Positions 38,443 to 50,229 of a stretch of DNA of 64,000 bases are shown one piece after another (position 1 is the stretch's first letter; each line of letters starts with the position of its first letter). The notes under the pieces were generated by a model. It worked only from the letters and a program-made list of their open reading frames with translations. It had not been told where the DNA came from and searched no databases. This DNA comes from a virus, in UHGV virus genome UHGV-1421865, one strand, 5' to 3'. The position numbers and the translations under genes were made by a program.

Positions 38443-41193
38443 ATGTTTTATACATTAGCAAAAACAGATCCCGCGTTATCGGGGAAATTCGGTCTTAGTA
38501 TAGACTACAAAGAGCACACCGTTGCTAATTTGATGTCTTTAGATACTAAAGCGACAATTCATAATATACCGGTAAAGTTATATAACGGACAGTACGAGTT
38601 CGATATTCGTCGTTGTTATAAACACTATTATGATAAATTTTATGGCACTACAAGCGATGATCCTAAGATGTACGAGTTCGGTGCCCAGCGAGTACAGAAA
38701 CAACTGTTCACACGACAGTTTATGTTTTATGCACCGTTCTATTGTGACGCAGTGAACGACATGCCCGATTCGTTTGTTATCGATATTTATCGAAAAGACA
38801 GAATACTGTCGTCGGTGAGTATTCCGTTAGACGATAAAACGTACGTAGGAAAATACTTACGTTCTTATATAGAGAAAATAGACGATAAAACAATAAACAT
38901 ATCTGTGCGCGAAAACGGTTATATCGTTACATATTACGGTATTGATCTTATAAAAGGCGGCTTGGTAGAATTCGAATATAATAACCTACATTTTGACGAG
39001 AATGGCTTGCCCAATATAGAAACAGGTTATTTCAACAAGAAAATCGTAATGCGGCAAATAATACCCCTTTGTATCACATTCGACTTAGACGAGTACATCG
39101 GACAAGACGTGATAATCCAAGGGTATTATGTCAAAAACAACATTAAATTGCCTTTATATAACATAGATAGGGTAAAAGAAACAAACAAACCGGAATATAA
39201 AAACGCATTGTCGAACAATACAACACCGTATCTATTACGCGAACGACTCCGAGAAACAGAACGCGACTATACATCACCTGTCACCAATGTATATTTCATC
39301 GACGACCTCTATACAGACGAAGAACATACTAAATCATTAAGTGACTTTATCAAATTTGCACAGAGTAAAACAAATACAAGTCTATTAAAGAACATTCAAG
39401 ACGTCGTTAATACCTATCGGTGGATAAACCGGCAATCGACAGACGCCACGGTTGTCGACGGAAAAGCGATGTACAACAATGTACTGTATTCTGGACTGGG
39501 TGATGCCAAACAGTTTAGAATCGAAGTGAATCCGATTGTAAATAACCTTAATAAAGAACATATTGTATCGTCGCGTTTTGTTATCGACAAACCGAACATG
39601 TCAAATACCAGAATCGACATCAATACGAAGGAAGGTCAAAATACATTACGAGTAGTTTCCGAACACAAGAAATACACCGTCGATTTCAATGCGTTTTTCG
39701 AACCGACGGACGATGTCACAGACAAGTCCGATTTGTACATAGAATATACTGGATTTATAAACGAATACATCACGTTAGTCGACTTCTGTGACAAGGCAGA
39801 TGGTGAAAAAGATTATATAAAAAATAATAGACTGGACGGGCAGTACGAATATACCGGTATAACAGTGGCCCCGAATAGTAACTATATCGGCGACGACTTA
39901 TACGTTGCCTCAGAAAACGGTTATACAGAATACAACGATAAAGTACACAAAGGACGGTTATATAAAAAGCAATCGTTTATTGACATTACAAAATTCAAAG
40001 ACCGGATTGTATTTGGTGCGGCAACAAGATACACCTACATACCCGTCGACGAATACAATAACAACGGCTATTTTGTAAAGACAGATTCATTGTACAGAAA
40101 CTTGTATATTTTAGGATATACACCATACAATGTCATTAAAGACTTGGGTGAAGCTGTATCGAACAAACAAATGTACTGCCAAGTCGATAATAACAAGTAT
40201 ACCGTAAAAAATTTTAGTACGTTGTTCACATCACCGGAACAAGTTGATATGTTTTATAATATAGATAACGACAGTAGACTGTATAACTCGACTAGTGACT
40301 TTGCAGCCTGGTTACCTTACCGCTTTATCACAGTACCGAAGTATTTTAATATAACAGCAGATATATATAAGAAATACATCAAATGGGACGGTAAATTTAA
40401 GCACATGTTATATCTTGTCGCATCGACAGAAAACAAACCGGCTGTGTATAATCCCAGTGCGACAAAAATAGATACAACGTCTATATTAGTAGACCCTCTA
40501 TTTGGTAACTTCGTCCAGTTCGAAGATAACGATATTGCTTTATATAACAAATTAAGATCGAAATGCGACTTTATAAACGAGCAAGCCGTCCTAAAAGAGC
40601 ACAATGCAGCATGCTTTATACGCTACGACTTAGCACCCGAAGGGGTACGTTCAACAGCCAAAAAGTATTATAAGAAGATTATCTCCGGTAGTCGTAACAG
40701 TTATATAACAAGTCGAAAAGAAAACGACGTATTTGTCTACACATTGAACGTAAACGTCACGTCGGAAGGGCACGACTGGATTTTACCGAACATGAATATA
40801 GACGTACTGAACGATCCTGAATACGTTAAGGATAACATTAGTATCATATTACCGTTATTAAAAAACAACCTCAACTTGACGGCGATAAACGAACCTGGAT
40901 TTTTTGAGCGACCGTACAAGAATAAGTTCTATTTAGGTTATTATACTCCTTATATAAAACTGTTAGAACAAACAAACCAGTTCTATTATAAGACAGAAAG
41001 GGTAGAAAACAAGTATTTACAGTATAATAAACTGTTCCCCTTACAAGACAAGGTCGTTATACCGTACGAGACCGATATATGGCAACCTTTATTATACTAC
41101 TACGGCCTATCAGACAGTACACATTTAGCATTCTTACAACGTGTTTACAACGTCATCATAACAGATGACAAAATAGAATATACACTTTTATAA
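38443..41193 (+). CDS. Large hypothetical virion protein, 916 aa.
   Basis: Long ORF, Tyr/Asn-rich, within the late-gene block after terL. Confidence 0.65.
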   Translation: MFYTLAKTDPALSGKFGLSIDYKEHTVANLMSLDTKATIHNIPVKLYNGQYEFDIRRCYKHYYDKFYGTTSDDPKMYEFGAQRVQKQLFTRQFMFYAPFYCDAVNDMPDSFVIDIYRKDRILSSVSIPLDDKTYVGKYLRSYIEKIDDKTINISVRENGYIVTYYGIDLIKGGLVEFEYNNLHFDENGLPNIETGYFNKKIVMRQIIPLCITFDLDEYIGQDVIIQGYYVKNNIKLPLYNIDRVKETNKPEYKNALSNNTTPYLLRERLRETERDYTSPVTNVYFIDDLYTDEEHTKSLSDFIKFAQSKTNTSLLKNIQDVVNTYRWINRQSTDATVVDGKAMYNNVLYSGLGDAKQFRIEVNPIVNNLNKEHIVSSRFVIDKPNMSNTRIDINTKEGQNTLRVVSEHKKYTVDFNAFFEPTDDVTDKSDLYIEYTGFINEYITLVDFCDKADGEKDYIKNNRLDGQYEYTGITVAPNSNYIGDDLYVASENGYTEYNDKVHKGRLYKKQSFIDITKFKDRIVFGAATRYTYIPVDEYNNNGYFVKTDSLYRNLYILGYTPYNVIKDLGEAVSNKQMYCQVDNNKYTVKNFSTLFTSPEQVDMFYNIDNDSRLYNSTSDFAAWLPYRFITVPKYFNITADIYKKYIKWDGKFKHMLYLVASTENKPAVYNPSATKIDTTSILVDPLFGNFVQFEDNDIALYNKLRSKCDFINEQAVLKEHNAACFIRYDLAPEGVRSTAKKYYKKIISGSRNSYITSRKENDVFVYTLNVNVTSEGHDWILPNMNIDVLNDPEYVKDNISIILPLLKNNLNLTAINEPGFFERPYKNKFYLGYYTPYIKLLEQTNQFYYKTERVENKYLQYNKLFPLQDKVVIPYETDIWQPLLYYYGLSDSTHLAFLQRVYNVIITDDKIEYTLL

Positions 41194-41200
41194 AAGACTC

Positions 41201-44200
41201 ATGGACAATACACTAAACGAATCCGAAAATATAAAGCCTATTGTTACTATCCAAAATAGGAACTATTCGACCGAAGACCGGGATAATACAATCAATGCCC
41301 TGGCCAATATGGGACAACGGCTCGGCTTAAAAGGAGACAGCGTCGCTTATCGTTATTTTACATTCGGTGACTTGTTTACCGGCAAGTACGATGCACAAAA
41401 ATATGTTGGTGTACTGTATTATGACAACAGTACAGCAAAGTTTTGTGTTGTAGAAAAAAAGGATGTGTCGTTATTATATACCGACGTTACAAAGTTCAAA
41501 ACTGTACAGGACGGTATTCCGGTATACAATACGATAGTGTCGAAAGAGATAAACAAGGCGTCGAACATTCCTATCAATAACATCGAGTACATGTGTCCGG
41601 GCACTAAGTTCTACACTGATAAGTCAAATACTAATAAGACGAACAATACGATTACCAGTGTAGGCTTCGGTAAAATCGCAGGTATGTTAGACGACGAAGA
41701 GAACAACCTCGAACTGTTGTACAGCAGATTCAATACCGAAACACACCGTCTCGAAAAGTATATTCGTATCTTCCATCTCGAAGATGTCTTTAATAACAAA
41801 TTTTATGTACTAGTACGACTCGAAGATACAAAATTAAGTATAAACATACTTGATATTTTACGTATCGACCAATATAAGAAATACTATATAGACGAAATCA
41901 TCAAACGGTTTAGCCTAAAAGGTAATCCTGAATTATCCGATTCGCGACTGTACGACCAAGGCAACTTCAACGGCGAATTGTCAAGTAACATGACAGTGTT
42001 ATTCGAAAGCATAGCCAGAAATACACCCGAGAACGATAAATACGGTCTAACATTAAACTGTACTTTCCACAGCGACGGTGTATTAGGTTATAGTATAGAC
42101 GGGGATAAAGCAAAGTTAACAAACAAATTCCTTAGTCAGTATCAACCTACACTCTCTGTACAGCGTATAATCGACTATATCAATGTATCGATAAACCGTA
42201 ATTATGAGTTTGTACTAACGGCGGTAAACAATAACATATACGGTGAGAACAAGGTTAAATTACGTCATAGTATCGTACAATCTCTGTACGAAACATTTTA
42301 TCCTGCATCACAATCACAATTATCGTACTATACAAAGACATTATATATACCCTTAGACTACAAGTTTTATTATGTCGGCAACTCGAATAACAGTGCGGAT
42401 ATTTACTATTCCAATAACATTTATATTCGACAGGTAAAGATATACCATAACAGCGACAAAGATGAGTTCAATAAACGCAATTCGCCTATTTTACAGAAAA
42501 ATGTGAAGGCGGGTGGTATTTTTTATTTCGACGACGCGGATAACGCAACAAATAAGACAGAAGTATACGGCTTTACTGTAAACTATAACGTTCGTCATAC
42601 GAATTTTATCAACTCTATTGAATCGCAGCATCTTTATACATTACCGTATATAAAAGACGAGCAATGGACGATCAACGACATCGATACTGGTGTGAACGCA
42701 GTAGGCCGAGATGCCGGTGTTCCTCATATAATCTTCGCATCGTATTTCGACGGTAAGTTCAAAATTATAAACACCAATTCACGATTCGGGTTCTTAGACA
42801 CAGAAAAAGAGGAAAATTTTACCCAAGTAGACTTACAGTTCGACGATGTAAACGGTCCGGTGACAGTGAAGGTCCCTCAAGCCTATGACGACTACCATTC
42901 TATATTCCGCGACGCTGTGATGTTTCTTTATATGAAGGTGAATACAAAGTTCGGTACTGTACGTTATCTTACGACAATTTGGGAATATAAACTAAATGCA
43001 AACAACTCGTGGTCGTTCGACTATATCCGGACACAGAATAAAAAGTACCCGATGGAACTGGGTAGTAACATTCAGGTCAGTCAATTCGATAAATTACGTT
43101 CTATTAAGTTAGACGCAACAAGTAAAGAGTTAAAGAAGAACACAGAATACGATCCCAGAGACAAGTCGGAACTTGAACTGTCGTCTAAAAAGAACTTAAA
43201 TTTTTCTATTATATATCGTCCAGACAAGTTAAACAGTACACCGACTAAAAAGTACCTTGCCGATATAGAAGTAACCAATACAGACTATAAACTGATCGGT
43301 GTATCGACTGGGACACCGCCCCCGCAACCGACGATCAACGTTATAAAACCAAATGAGTCTACTACAACAGAATCAGTACAATATACGACTGTTACAACAG
43401 ATCTAAATAGGTACATCTATCGTTCGTATATTGTCGACACTGATGCTACAGGGAAGACTGTAAAATCGTCTACACAAGTGCCAGTAAAACAATACACACC
43501 GACTGTGATGTACAGCGAGGCGCCTGACTCGTATTTTCCAGAGTATGTATTTAAGAACAATGTACCGACGTTTAACTTCGGCGAAACATTCCTCCGTGAT
43601 GTAAATGCGTTAAATAGATACAATGTTATCTCTCTGGACAGCGAAGGCCGGATGTACAATGCTTATATTGGAACACACTGGCGGAATCCCGACAAGAAAG
43701 AATTTGTTATCGGTACGTCGACAGAGAATATCAATTTAGGACGAGAAACGTTGTCGGACTATAATATGGCAGAACTGTTCTATAAGCACGATAGCCTGTC
43801 GTTGGAATTTCCACTTATAAAAACAGAATCTAAGGCGACATATCTTAGTAATCCTATATCGACACATACCATCGGTAACGTAAAACAACATTCGATATGT
43901 GGACTTGTACACGGTCATTATAGTGAACTTGCATGTGGTTATTTGGTCGACGACATGTCCAGGCTACAAGACGTCGACTCTAAATTAGGTATCAAGTTAG
44001 ATCTCACCGGTCAAAAGTTGGACGACAACGTGTTTATTAAAGTAAATCATATTAAACAGATACCGTCTAAGGAAAGGGCGTCAGAGTTAAATGCTATATA
44101 TAACAAAGACACATTATATACAACTGTTTTATATTCTAATAACAAGAGGGTACAGAACAAAGAATGCTCTGTTTACATTGAACAAGTTACTACAAAACCA

Positions 44201-44722
44201 GGTACTGCAGTAGATTTATTAGAGATACTAGGTATGAAAAATGCAGACGAAGCACAAAAAAGTAAAATTGTCTTATATATAGAACAGTATAATTTCGAGA
44301 ACGACCTTTGGGGTCTATATAAGCCGACGTACACCGCTACCGAAGTATCGTTTAAGAAGCAAGGACTGTACCGAATATGTACATGGTTAAAATACAATAA
44401 CGGGCAACATACGGGTAAAACGGTTTATGTTAAATCTATACATGCACAGGATGCTACAAACACCTATATTTGTACGTTGATAAACATCAATAAGCTACTG
44501 GAACAGAAATCTGGTATAAATGTGAATAAATTTGCAAATATAAATGTATTAAATGACGATGATAATGTGTTAAACATTAACAATCAACTATTCTTAGTAT
44601 GTAACGACGGTAAACTAATGTCGACCTCCAATAAATTTTACTATGAAAACGTAGATGTTATTTGGTATATGACCGAAGAAAAGAATGTACCTCAACTAAA
44701 CATTGAAGTTATCGATATATAA
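41201..44722 (+). CDS. Large hypothetical virion protein, 1173 aa.
   Basis: Long ORF. Confidence 0.65.
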   Translation: MDNTLNESENIKPIVTIQNRNYSTEDRDNTINALANMGQRLGLKGDSVAYRYFTFGDLFTGKYDAQKYVGVLYYDNSTAKFCVVEKKDVSLLYTDVTKFKTVQDGIPVYNTIVSKEINKASNIPINNIEYMCPGTKFYTDKSNTNKTNNTITSVGFGKIAGMLDDEENNLELLYSRFNTETHRLEKYIRIFHLEDVFNNKFYVLVRLEDTKLSINILDILRIDQYKKYYIDEIIKRFSLKGNPELSDSRLYDQGNFNGELSSNMTVLFESIARNTPENDKYGLTLNCTFHSDGVLGYSIDGDKAKLTNKFLSQYQPTLSVQRIIDYINVSINRNYEFVLTAVNNNIYGENKVKLRHSIVQSLYETFYPASQSQLSYYTKTLYIPLDYKFYYVGNSNNSADIYYSNNIYIRQVKIYHNSDKDEFNKRNSPILQKNVKAGGIFYFDDADNATNKTEVYGFTVNYNVRHTNFINSIESQHLYTLPYIKDEQWTINDIDTGVNAVGRDAGVPHIIFASYFDGKFKIINTNSRFGFLDTEKEENFTQVDLQFDDVNGPVTVKVPQAYDDYHSIFRDAVMFLYMKVNTKFGTVRYLTTIWEYKLNANNSWSFDYIRTQNKKYPMELGSNIQVSQFDKLRSIKLDATSKELKKNTEYDPRDKSELELSSKKNLNFSIIYRPDKLNSTPTKKYLADIEVTNTDYKLIGVSTGTPPPQPTINVIKPNESTTTESVQYTTVTTDLNRYIYRSYIVDTDATGKTVKSSTQVPVKQYTPTVMYSEAPDSYFPEYVFKNNVPTFNFGETFLRDVNALNRYNVISLDSEGRMYNAYIGTHWRNPDKKEFVIGTSTENINLGRETLSDYNMAELFYKHDSLSLEFPLIKTESKATYLSNPISTHTIGNVKQHSICGLVHGHYSELACGYLVDDMSRLQDVDSKLGIKLDLTGQKLDDNVFIKVNHIKQIPSKERASELNAIYNKDTLYTTVLYSNNKRVQNKECSVYIEQVTTKPGTAVDLLEILGMKNADEAQKSKIVLYIEQYNFENDLWGLYKPTYTATEVSFKKQGLYRICTWLKYNNGQHTGKTVYVKSIHAQDATNTYICTLININKLLEQKSGINVNKFANINVLNDDDNVLNINNQLFLVCNDGKLMSTSNKFYYENVDVIWYMTEEKNVPQLNIEVIDI

Positions 44723-44735
44723 TGAACAGAAAAAT

Positions 44736-45224
44736 ATGAAATTACTAATCGTTTATATAACAGAAAACGATAAAATGGAATACACCCACAATCATGTCAC
44801 ATGCGGTACCGGCGGACTGTATGATGCCATGGAATACATCAAAGAAGACGAAATAAAACAGACATACAAAAACAAACAATTCTTTTGTATATCACAGATC
44901 GGCGATAACTATATCGGTGTTTATTTAGATACATGGTATAAACTATCGGAACTATCGATTTCTATACACGAGTATTTGTCGATTCCGGAAAGGTATTTAG
45001 ACGATACATTAGTAATCTTTATAGACAATAAAAAAGCACGTAAGTTAACAAAACAACTTGCAGTTAACGTACTGGACGATCTACTCTCACCGGAGAACAA
45101 CAAAATGTGGCTATGGTGTGACGAATTGGACGACCTTCCAAAAATGAAACAAGATGCGAAGGTGATCATGTCGAGCTCGGATCCGTGTACAGCGTACGAA
45201 CAGTGCAAACTCGACAACGACTAA
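44736..45224 (+). CDS. Hypothetical protein.
   Basis: ATG at 44736 (MKLLIVYI..). The track start at 44703 is a TTG. Confidence 0.5.
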   Translation: MKLLIVYITENDKMEYTHNHVTCGTGGLYDAMEYIKEDEIKQTYKNKQFFCISQIGDNYIGVYLDTWYKLSELSISIHEYLSIPERYLDDTLVIFIDNKKARKLTKQLAVNVLDDLLSPENNKMWLWCDELDDLPKMKQDAKVIMSSSDPCTAYEQCKLDND

Positions 45225-45230
45225 CTAAAC

Positions 45231-45278
45231 ACAGCAACTATTGTATAAAATATACAGTAGTTGCTGTTTATTTTTGTA
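45231..45278 (+). terminator. Rho-independent terminator.
   Basis: Perfect 10-bp stem acagcaacta / tagttgctgt, then ttatttttgt. Confidence 0.6.
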
Positions 45279-45319
45279 TCATAAGGATTTTTACATAAGA
45301 GTACATACAAAATCAAAAT

Positions 45320-48300
45320 ATGTTATTTATAGACGATACCGGACACGGGTTTGAACTTCCCTCTTTCGATAAACTACCCGTGGGATATGAATATAACGAT
45401 AGCGGTTACAAATTCTGGGCAACCGGATACAATAGGAGCAAAGAGATCAGCGTAGGTCATTTTTGTTCCCTAACGACGTATGCCGCTGTACCGGTTAGTC
45501 ATTTGACGGATGAAAACAACGAATACGACGCAGAGTTTATAAATAACAGTCTACACATAGAGCTGTCGACGAATTCTAATGTATTTAGTCTTCTTAAATC
45601 AAAAGACGTGTCTGTACTTGCAGATTCTTCGAAACAATACTTGTCCGGCGTCAAAAGAGTAACGGACACCGATATGGTATGTACTATTATAGAAGGTTAT
45701 CTTATAATACCTATATACATTATCGGATCGTCGCAGGAAGAAGGTGACTGGTCTAGTCATGTACTGATACATCTCGAAGACAATAGTGAAGGCTATGCAG
45801 TACTGGGTACTAAAGAACAGTACTGTCCTATTGTCGTGTCGGCGGAATTTGTATCGGATATAGAAAAGTACAGTATCAATTTAGGCAATAACGGTGTACA
45901 AATACCGTATGACGTGATGCGTGCTGTGTACACTGGTTCAGGTGATCAATTCGATACGGCGAAATACAACGAGAAACTAAAAGAGTACCTTATAAATATA
46001 CATACTATTCATTCACAGGTCGGGAACTATACCTCGGCCTTAGATTCGTTGGCATGGTTCGATTGGGGTAATCTCTTAAAAGTTACAAAGCTGTTGCAGA
46101 CCGATAACGATATACAACGACAGTTTATAAGAGAACATTTTAATATCAACGAACACTTATTAGAATCTTATCGGTATTTTAGAAACTCTTCGTTACTGTC
46201 ACTCTCTGTCGACATTGACTATATTGCCGGTGAGAGTGTTCTCGACCATAGTGACGAGAGCAAGTTCTATGGTGAAGGACATCCTGTATACGACAGTCTC
46301 CTTACCAAAACTGTGGATGTCGTTCACGGTGTATGTGAGACAGTTACTTATATAAAGAACTATTTTGATTTCTCGTTCGTCGAACTGGGTATCAAACTCT
46401 CGATGCTACGGCACTATTACAAGCAACTGTTCTTACCGATTCACCTCGATGTTGCTTCGGCATCGCTAAGCGGGCATGTATGGGCAAACGATATAAAGAT
46501 GTACAATTCGGCATCGGTACAGTTGATAGAACCGACGGTACTTACCGATACAGTGCGGGTTACAGTAGAATTCCCACGTACCGACAGTCTTGTGATAAGC
46601 GAACAGGCACACCAAATCGACGACAGTTTTAATGTATTTGATAACAAAGTAGAGCGTGATGTAATGTACATCGACGAGCCTTGTATTTTCATACCTATTC
46701 GTATCAAGACGGTGAACAGTCACAAACCGGAAATGTTTTATAATGTAAATCTTATATTAGAAAAACAAATCGACGTCGACCTGTCTTATTACGATAGATA
46801 TTGTTATAGCACGGTAAAAGAGCTTAAAACTGTACGAGATATAACACTTAACGGTCAGTCTATATTCTCGGGCAATCGTACGCACAAGGTAGGTTTACAA
46901 GTGGGTAAAAAAGTAGTCTATAAAGACGTCCCGAAATCTGTAGACGATTTCAAGGCACTATTTAGTATCTTGGACGACAAGGTACAGATAATACTTAAAT
47001 TGTCGACTAACTTAGACGACACGCTAGAATTCGACGGTGTGCTGAAAGAATCGAAAATAGTCTATAAAGAGACGAGTAAGAAACTATTGGAGTCTTCTTT
47101 TAGTTTTGTACAACGACTGGACGAACACAAGAATGAAGAACATATCTACAAAGGCTTGGTAATACCCGTAGCCTGGTTAAACACGGAAGACGAACAATTT
47201 GACATCGGTGCCAGATATACGTTACGACTACTGGTGAACAATTCATGGTACAGCTACGACTTCGGTGCACATCTAACAGAACCTGAAATCCATGTCGGTG
47301 CATTAGAGTACAAATACGACGAACGCTTCAAACAGGTCTATTTCGATAATGGTGAACCGAAGTTTAATGCTTATATGTATCATCCGGAACTGGTACAATG
47401 GAATAACAAACAGTATATTTATGATCTGCACAGGTATATAAAAGACAGTAAACTAGCGGCTATAAGTGGGACTAAACTAAATAAGGGAGCGTTCTACTAT
47501 CGTTTCGAACTCGATATTGATAGTGACTACAAATTAGACCTTAATTTGTCCGAACAGGTATATAATAAACTAATAAACGAGAATGTTTACCTGAAAATGG
47601 ACACGTCTAAAATAGACAAGTCCAAGATAGAGACAGGTACGTTACAGGTGTTCGTAGACAATGAAATGTACTATATCCAATCGGGGGCGAGCGACAATGA
47701 AACATTCGACATTTATGATTTAGCCTCGCCGAACGGTGCATTTAGTATTTTACCAACCAATACAGACGTTACAAATACAGTATATCTCTATTATAATAAA
47801 ACCGATAAAGACAATAACGGGTTCGAACTGTATAATGCAGATAACAACTATTTGAGTCAACTGAAAGTACAAACCAATACGAGTAGAGATTATATAGTAC
47901 CCACACAAGTTCATAAGTTGTCGAATACGTTAGACAAATACGTACAAAATACAAGTGTGCTGTCTAAGAAATACCTTAATAGAATGCACCTATTCGAACT
48001 GTATAAGCAAGCACCGGTAAAAGACGATCTACTTTATATAAGAAGAAACTTCAATGTACAGTTCGGTAACATGCTATTTAGTCATAATATAGAACCGGAA
48101 TTTAACACAGACGGTTCGCTAAAAGTCGGAGCAAATAAGATTTTCGTGTACGCATTACCTAAATATCGAGAGACTGCACAAAACGGCATAACGTCAACAC
48201 AGACAGATATAGTAGTATCAGACGAATGGCACAATGTAGACGATACCGCAGGCAACAATACTGCACCGGACAATATAGAATACTTGTACTATACCGACAA

Positions 48301-49822
48301 TAACGACAATGCGATAAACGAGATGTCTTATTCTGTATACAAAACCGAAGAGGTGAACGAATTAGAAAAAGGTAAGAAAGTACAAACGAAATTCAGTACT
48401 ATACAAGAACTAGACGACTATTTCAATCAACCTGAACTCACTGGCGTATACTATAAAGTACTAAATATACTTGACGAGAATGGTAAAGAAATTATAGTGA
48501 CTAACCATAATTTCTATGATACTTATAATGTCTTACAAGGTAAAAGTAGTATAAAATACAGTATAAATATACAGCCTTATAAGACTGTTAAGAGCGGGGA
48601 GATAATATCTGTACCACATGTTGTGTCGGTAGATAAAGTACAGTTTGACAACGACGGTCCGTACACAGAAATCGACGGTAAACGTATTAAAGTATATATA
48701 AAGAGAGACTACGAATCACCTTATAGCGCAACACAACCAGGTATTCACTTTTATAACATCTGGGACGGTAGAGACGATGCGTACGTACAACAAGACTTGG
48801 AGTCGATAACATCGGGGCTTGATATAGATAGGTCCATAATGAACTATCTTTGTTATAAGATAAAACTACAAAAACCGGAGGGTGAAACCGACGTCAGATA
48901 CAAACTAGAACTTGGACACAACTTCACAGGTACTGCTCCGAAGCTGTATGTTTCTTGCGACGGTGGACTGTACAACTCTGTGACGAACAATACCTTTACT
49001 GTAAAATTTAACGACAACAAAAAAGAGGTAATATGTTTGTTTTATATAGAACTGCCGGACATTGTCGGCACAGATAAGTACTACGTAGAGCCTCATCTGT
49101 ATAGACTGCATGCCGAAGAGAATTCTTATGTGAATATCTATTATAGTGACACTGTGGGTGACAACGACAGTAGCATACAAGTCGGGAATACAACGTTGTA
49201 TCCGGTTTCTTCAGAACGTAATTTGCTGTATAAGGAGTTCTTTAAGGAGACAACGTTTAAGGACATACCCGGTACAGGCGATGTCGTTTATATCGACGAT
49301 ATACTAAATACGTCCGGTGCTTTGAGGGGTGAAGCCCTCCAATACGATATGTACCTCATGCACGATACGAAAAAGTACTATGTTGTACTAATATCGAGGC
49401 AAACTGAGTCCAATGTCACTACTTTGAAAGATTTAGAGTTCGTTAACAAACACATTCTTGTTAAAGGTTATAGCGAACAGAGTGAATACAAGTTGGTATG
49501 GCAACGTGCCGACGATAGATTCCTTATCAATAGAATGTCCATAAAAGACAAAGAAGGTAATAATATGTTTTCTAAAGATGAGATACCTGTTATATACACT
49601 ACTAATTACAGTAATATGTGGGCAGCACCGGAGTACGACCATAAATGGACGGTGCAGAACAAGTCGATACTTACTCACAACGAAGAAAAGACGTACAAAA
49701 CAGAGTACCTTATATTAGGAGAGAATCTTAACCGGGGCTACTACCGTATACAACAGAATTATAATATCTCTTATATAAGAAACAATTATAATCACATCAC
49801 TACTACCATCAGAGTAGACTAA
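45320..49822 (+). CDS. Large hypothetical virion protein, 1500 aa.
   Basis: Long ORF. Confidence 0.65.
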   Translation: MLFIDDTGHGFELPSFDKLPVGYEYNDSGYKFWATGYNRSKEISVGHFCSLTTYAAVPVSHLTDENNEYDAEFINNSLHIELSTNSNVFSLLKSKDVSVLADSSKQYLSGVKRVTDTDMVCTIIEGYLIIPIYIIGSSQEEGDWSSHVLIHLEDNSEGYAVLGTKEQYCPIVVSAEFVSDIEKYSINLGNNGVQIPYDVMRAVYTGSGDQFDTAKYNEKLKEYLINIHTIHSQVGNYTSALDSLAWFDWGNLLKVTKLLQTDNDIQRQFIREHFNINEHLLESYRYFRNSSLLSLSVDIDYIAGESVLDHSDESKFYGEGHPVYDSLLTKTVDVVHGVCETVTYIKNYFDFSFVELGIKLSMLRHYYKQLFLPIHLDVASASLSGHVWANDIKMYNSASVQLIEPTVLTDTVRVTVEFPRTDSLVISEQAHQIDDSFNVFDNKVERDVMYIDEPCIFIPIRIKTVNSHKPEMFYNVNLILEKQIDVDLSYYDRYCYSTVKELKTVRDITLNGQSIFSGNRTHKVGLQVGKKVVYKDVPKSVDDFKALFSILDDKVQIILKLSTNLDDTLEFDGVLKESKIVYKETSKKLLESSFSFVQRLDEHKNEEHIYKGLVIPVAWLNTEDEQFDIGARYTLRLLVNNSWYSYDFGAHLTEPEIHVGALEYKYDERFKQVYFDNGEPKFNAYMYHPELVQWNNKQYIYDLHRYIKDSKLAAISGTKLNKGAFYYRFELDIDSDYKLDLNLSEQVYNKLINENVYLKMDTSKIDKSKIETGTLQVFVDNEMYYIQSGASDNETFDIYDLASPNGAFSILPTNTDVTNTVYLYYNKTDKDNNGFELYNADNNYLSQLKVQTNTSRDYIVPTQVHKLSNTLDKYVQNTSVLSKKYLNRMHLFELYKQAPVKDDLLYIRRNFNVQFGNMLFSHNIEPEFNTDGSLKVGANKIFVYALPKYRETAQNGITSTQTDIVVSDEWHNVDDTAGNNTAPDNIEYLYYTDNNDNAINEMSYSVYKTEEVNELEKGKKVQTKFSTIQELDDYFNQPELTGVYYKVLNILDENGKEIIVTNHNFYDTYNVLQGKSSIKYSINIQPYKTVKSGEIISVPHVVSVDKVQFDNDGPYTEIDGKRIKVYIKRDYESPYSATQPGIHFYNIWDGRDDAYVQQDLESITSGLDIDRSIMNYLCYKIKLQKPEGETDVRYKLELGHNFTGTAPKLYVSCDGGLYNSVTNNTFTVKFNDNKKEVICLFYIELPDIVGTDKYYVEPHLYRLHAEENSYVNIYYSDTVGDNDSSIQVGNTTLYPVSSERNLLYKEFFKETTFKDIPGTGDVVYIDDILNTSGALRGEALQYDMYLMHDTKKYYVVLISRQTESNVTTLKDLEFVNKHILVKGYSEQSEYKLVWQRADDRFLINRMSIKDKEGNNMFSKDEIPVIYTTNYSNMWAAPEYDHKWTVQNKSILTHNEEKTYKTEYLILGENLNRGYYRIQQNYNISYIRNNYNHITTTIRVD

Positions 49823-49841
49823 CAAAATTATACTAACAAAA

Positions 49842-50228
49842 ATGAACAAGTCGATTGTTGACCTTGCTAACGGATTTATGATCCTCAAACCTGGTTTTGA
49901 ATATAGAAAAGACGATGTCGAAAGATACCTAATGACAAACGGTTGGTCTGTGTTAAAGTCAAAGGATGAATACATCGACGTCTTCAAAGCGGAAGAGTTG
50001 TATAAGATGTACGAATTCGAAGACTTCTATGTCGACCTCGTTGCTTATATGACGTCTGGTAAGTGCACCATATATCTACTATACAAACCGTCGTACGATC
50101 CTATAAAGGAACTGACTGCGTTAAAAGAGATTATTCGACGGGATTATAGTCTAGATAAAATGAAAAATGTAGTCCATAGTTCAGACAGTGTGGAGAACGT
50201 GCAACGAGAGGCTAAATTATTTTTCTAA
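49842..50228 (+). CDS. Divergent nucleoside diphosphate kinase-like protein.
   Basis: FMILKPGF (compare FIMIKPDG), MTSGKCTIYLLY (compare MNSGPVVAMVWEG), NVVHSSDSVENVQREAKLFF (compare NIIHGSDSVESAEKEIALWF, containing the catalytic His). Confidence 0.5.
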   Translation: MNKSIVDLANGFMILKPGFEYRKDDVERYLMTNGWSVLKSKDEYIDVFKAEELYKMYEFEDFYVDLVAYMTSGKCTIYLLYKPSYDPIKELTALKEIIRRDYSLDKMKNVVHSSDSVENVQREAKLFF

Positions 50229-50229
50229 A

